A stretch of DNA of 63,096 nucleotides, the filler included, from Octopus bimaculoides (lineage: Eukaryota): NCBI RefSeq assembly GCF_001194135.2. It is 7 parts of 7 records of this genome, joined end to end, with 100 filler letters (N's around TTAATTAATTAA, not from the genome) between each part and the next. Parts side by side here need not be neighbours in the genome. Positions count along the whole stretch, not along the records: positions 60,293 to 63,096 come from NC_068981.1; 6 more parts are not named here. The stretch is one strand, 5' to 3'. This document shows, in pieces, positions 60,481 to 63,096 of the stretch. How positions within the stretch are numbered: the first letter of the stretch is position 1; every line of letters begins with the position of its first letter. The translations under genes and the position numbers were made by a program. The notes under the pieces are model-generated. The model saw only the letters and a program-made list of their open reading frames with translations. It did not search any database and had not been told where the DNA came from.

Positions 60481-61822
60481 ACCTCAGGTAACTAATTTTT
60501 TTAAAACAGCCAAGGGAAATAGCCCATAATAACCGGCATAATATTTTTAAAGACTCAACGGAAATAACCCAAAGCACCTGCATTTTATTTGAATTCTTAC
60601 TATCAGGTAACTAATTTCATGTTATTGCATAACTGACTTCACAATTTGGGTATACATAACTTATTGGGAATTCCTAAAAACAAGATCCTGTGTAAGACAG
60701 TTCGGTATTTTCAATAAATGCACAAAAACCGTTTTAAGGACTACATACATTGGATTAATGGAGGGTCAAAGTTGGGAACAATAGTAAGACAGTGGAGACA
60801 TACAAGGAAACCGAACAAAAACAAACATGGAGGGTCGTTAGACTAGAACAAGGGTAAAATAGCGAAGGCTAGAGAAATAACTCCTTTGAAAAGAGGAAAA
60901 ATAGAAGAGAGAGATAGAAGACCTCCAGTCCTTAGGACAGTCCTGGTTGAACTCATTTACTTTCATATTTCATGTTGTTTACTGTTGGTGACGTCCTGTA
61001 CCCATATATGCATGTATATGTATNNNNNNNNNNNNNNNNNNNNNNNNNNNNNNNNNNNNNNNNNNNNNNNNNNNNNNNNNNNNNNNNNNNNNNNNNNNNN
61101 NNNNNNNNNNNNNNNNNNNNNNNNNNNNNNNNNNNNNNNNNNNNNNNNNNNNNNNNNNNNNNNNNNNNNNNNNNNNNNNNNNNNNNNNNNNNNNNNNNNN
61201 NNNNNNNNNNNNNNNNNNNNNNNNNNNNNNNNNNNNNNNNNNNNNNNNNNNNNNNNNNNNNNNNNNNNNNNNNNNNNNNNNNNNNNNNNNNNNNNNNNNN
61301 NNNNNNNNNNNNNNNNNNNNNNNNNNNNNNNNNNNNNNNNNNNNNNNNNNNNNNNNNNNNNNNNNNNNNNNNNNNNNNNNNNNNNNNNNNNNNNNNNNNN
61401 NNNNNNNNNNNNNNNNNNNNNNNNNNNNNNNNNNNNNNNNNNNNNNNNNNNNNNNNNNNNNNNNNNNNNNNNNNNNNNNNNNNNNNNNNNNNNNNNNNNN
61501 NNNNNNNNNNNNNNNNNNNNNNNNNNNNNNNNNNNNNNNNNNNNNNNNNNNNNNNNNNNNNNNNNNNNNNNNNNNNNNNNNNNNNNNNNNNNNNNNNNNN
61601 NNNNNNNNNNNNNNNNNNNNNNNNNNNNNNNNNNNNNNNNNNNNNNNNNNNNNNNNNNNNNNNNNNNNNNNNNNNNNNNNNNNNNNNNNNNNNNNNNNNN
61701 NNNNNNNNNNNNNNNNNNNNNNNNNNNNNNNNNNNNNNNNNNNNNNNNNNNNNNNNNNNNNNNNNNNTGTGTGTGTGTGTGTGTGTGTGTGTTCGTAAGG
61801 AAACGTTGATGTGTCTATATAC

Positions 61823-61823
<1 letters not shown>

Positions 61824-61873
<50 letters not shown>
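61824..61873. repeat. (GATA)n microsatellite
   Basis: Direct reading. Confidence 0.95.
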
Positions 61874-62191
61874 GTTCACGCACATATATGTATACATACA
61901 TAATGACAGAGGAGAAAAGAGCAAGCGCAGTGCAAGAGGTAGGCTAGAAATACTAAGGCTGTACACCGACAGTACATGAAAATTATAATGGCCAGCATAG
62001 CTCAAATTGTAAACATTGCAACCTAAACCTTAAACACTGGTGCGTTAATGATAATGTTCCTGTATGCGATATGCGATTGCTTTTGCTCTTAACTGAAGTC
62101 GCTTCATTTTTAATAGTTATTTTCTTTTTTATCCTTCCTAATCGCTTATTGCGTATGTATGTATAAGTACGTGTGTGTTTGTTCCCATATG

Positions 62192-62231
<40 letters not shown>

Positions 62232-62829
62232 TGTGTGTGATTGCGTGCGAGTGTGTATGTGTATGTTGCCAGTAACACACCTACATTCACGTACACTCAC
62301 ACACACTCGCTAGTCTTGCTTCTCCCTCTCTCTCTATGAACAAAATGCACAGGCCCACTAGACACGAGACATACCGCAGAGTTAGATACGTATATACACG
62401 CAGACACACACAATTATGACTTCTTTAACACTCAAACGTGTCTAAGCACTATATATGAGCATGTGTATACACATGTCGCTATAGGCACCACACACACACA
62501 TATTCACCAGCTTCCTGTCCATTTCACCTTTCTAATGCATCTGGTGTCGCTGAAATGTCGATCTCACTTCTAACAGTACCATGTGACCCACCTTGGCTAA
62601 TAGCAGCCCGTTTTCTAGTAGCTATCTGGAACTTCCTGTGTTTCTTCATTCGACAATCTCAGCCTGAATGTGCCGGGTTTCTGTTAGAAGCCTGTAAAAC
62701 TTTAAGTCGCATTGTACCGAATCAAACTATTTTAAATAATAATATGTGTAATTTCTACTGTCCACTCACATTTACATATATATATACTGAACCCGTAACC
62801 ATGTGATTGGGAACCAAGCTTCTTATATA

Positions 62830-63007
62830 TATGGGAGAATTTACGAAAAAAAAACAACAGACGAGGACAGGTGGTGTAAACAACAAAAGAATGTATTAGT
62901 TTAACGCTTGGGAATAGAGAAAGTCTTTAACGTTTCGAGCTACGCTCTTCAACAGAAAGAATAAGGAGAAAAACAAGGAGAAAAAATTTAAACGTCGTGG
63001 TCAGCGA

Positions 63008-63010
<3 letters not shown>
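62830..63010 (-). mobile_element. Family E repeat (PLE-terminal-like unit) with hammerhead motif
   Basis: Homologous to 536-640; hammerhead followed by an approximately 90-nt tail, the same layout as family P. Confidence 0.65.
62924..62960 (-). ncRNA. Minimal type-I hammerhead ribozyme-like motif, CUGUUGA core variant
   Basis: UCUUU CUGUUGA A GAGC GUA GCUC GAA ACGU U AAAGA: stem I 5/5, stem II 4/4, palindromic ACGU stem III, GUU cleavage triplet. Confidence 0.6.
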
Positions 63011-63042
<32 letters not shown>

Positions 63043-63096
63043 AATATATGAGTATATGCATATATATGTACATGTATGTATATACGTTCATCTACA

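Overview
Eukaryotic, AT-rich, repeat-saturated, non-genic DNA from a fragmented draft assembly. About one sixth of the window is N, and six gaps contain the artificial 44N-TTAATTAATTAA-44N linker. The SINE families and microsatellite load look like an octopus (coleoid cephalopod) genome; this is recognition from memory, not a database result. No host protein-coding gene is supported: the long ORFs in the track are microsatellite, N-run or antisense artefacts. Supported content: (i) three tRNA-headed SINE families (called A, B, C here, about 25 copies or fragments); (ii) Tc1/mariner DNA transposons, all with disrupted ORFs: a full-length DD34D mariner, a full-length DD41D (rosa/Visitor-type) element, a 575-bp Tc1 deletion derivative and a maT-like fragment; (iii) many Penelope-like element (PLE) fragments of at least two lineages; (iv) R4/Dong-like REL-endonuclease LINE fragments and RTE LINE fragments; (v) a full-length U6 snRNA copy fused to a SINE/LINE 3' tail; (vi) two long fold-back hairpins. 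The best leads are minimal type-I hammerhead ribozyme motifs in three different short PLE-terminal repeat units (four copies at 3.3-5.3 kb, one at 6.1 kb, and a perfectly paired CUGUUGA variant at 62.9 kb), and the U6-tail chimera.
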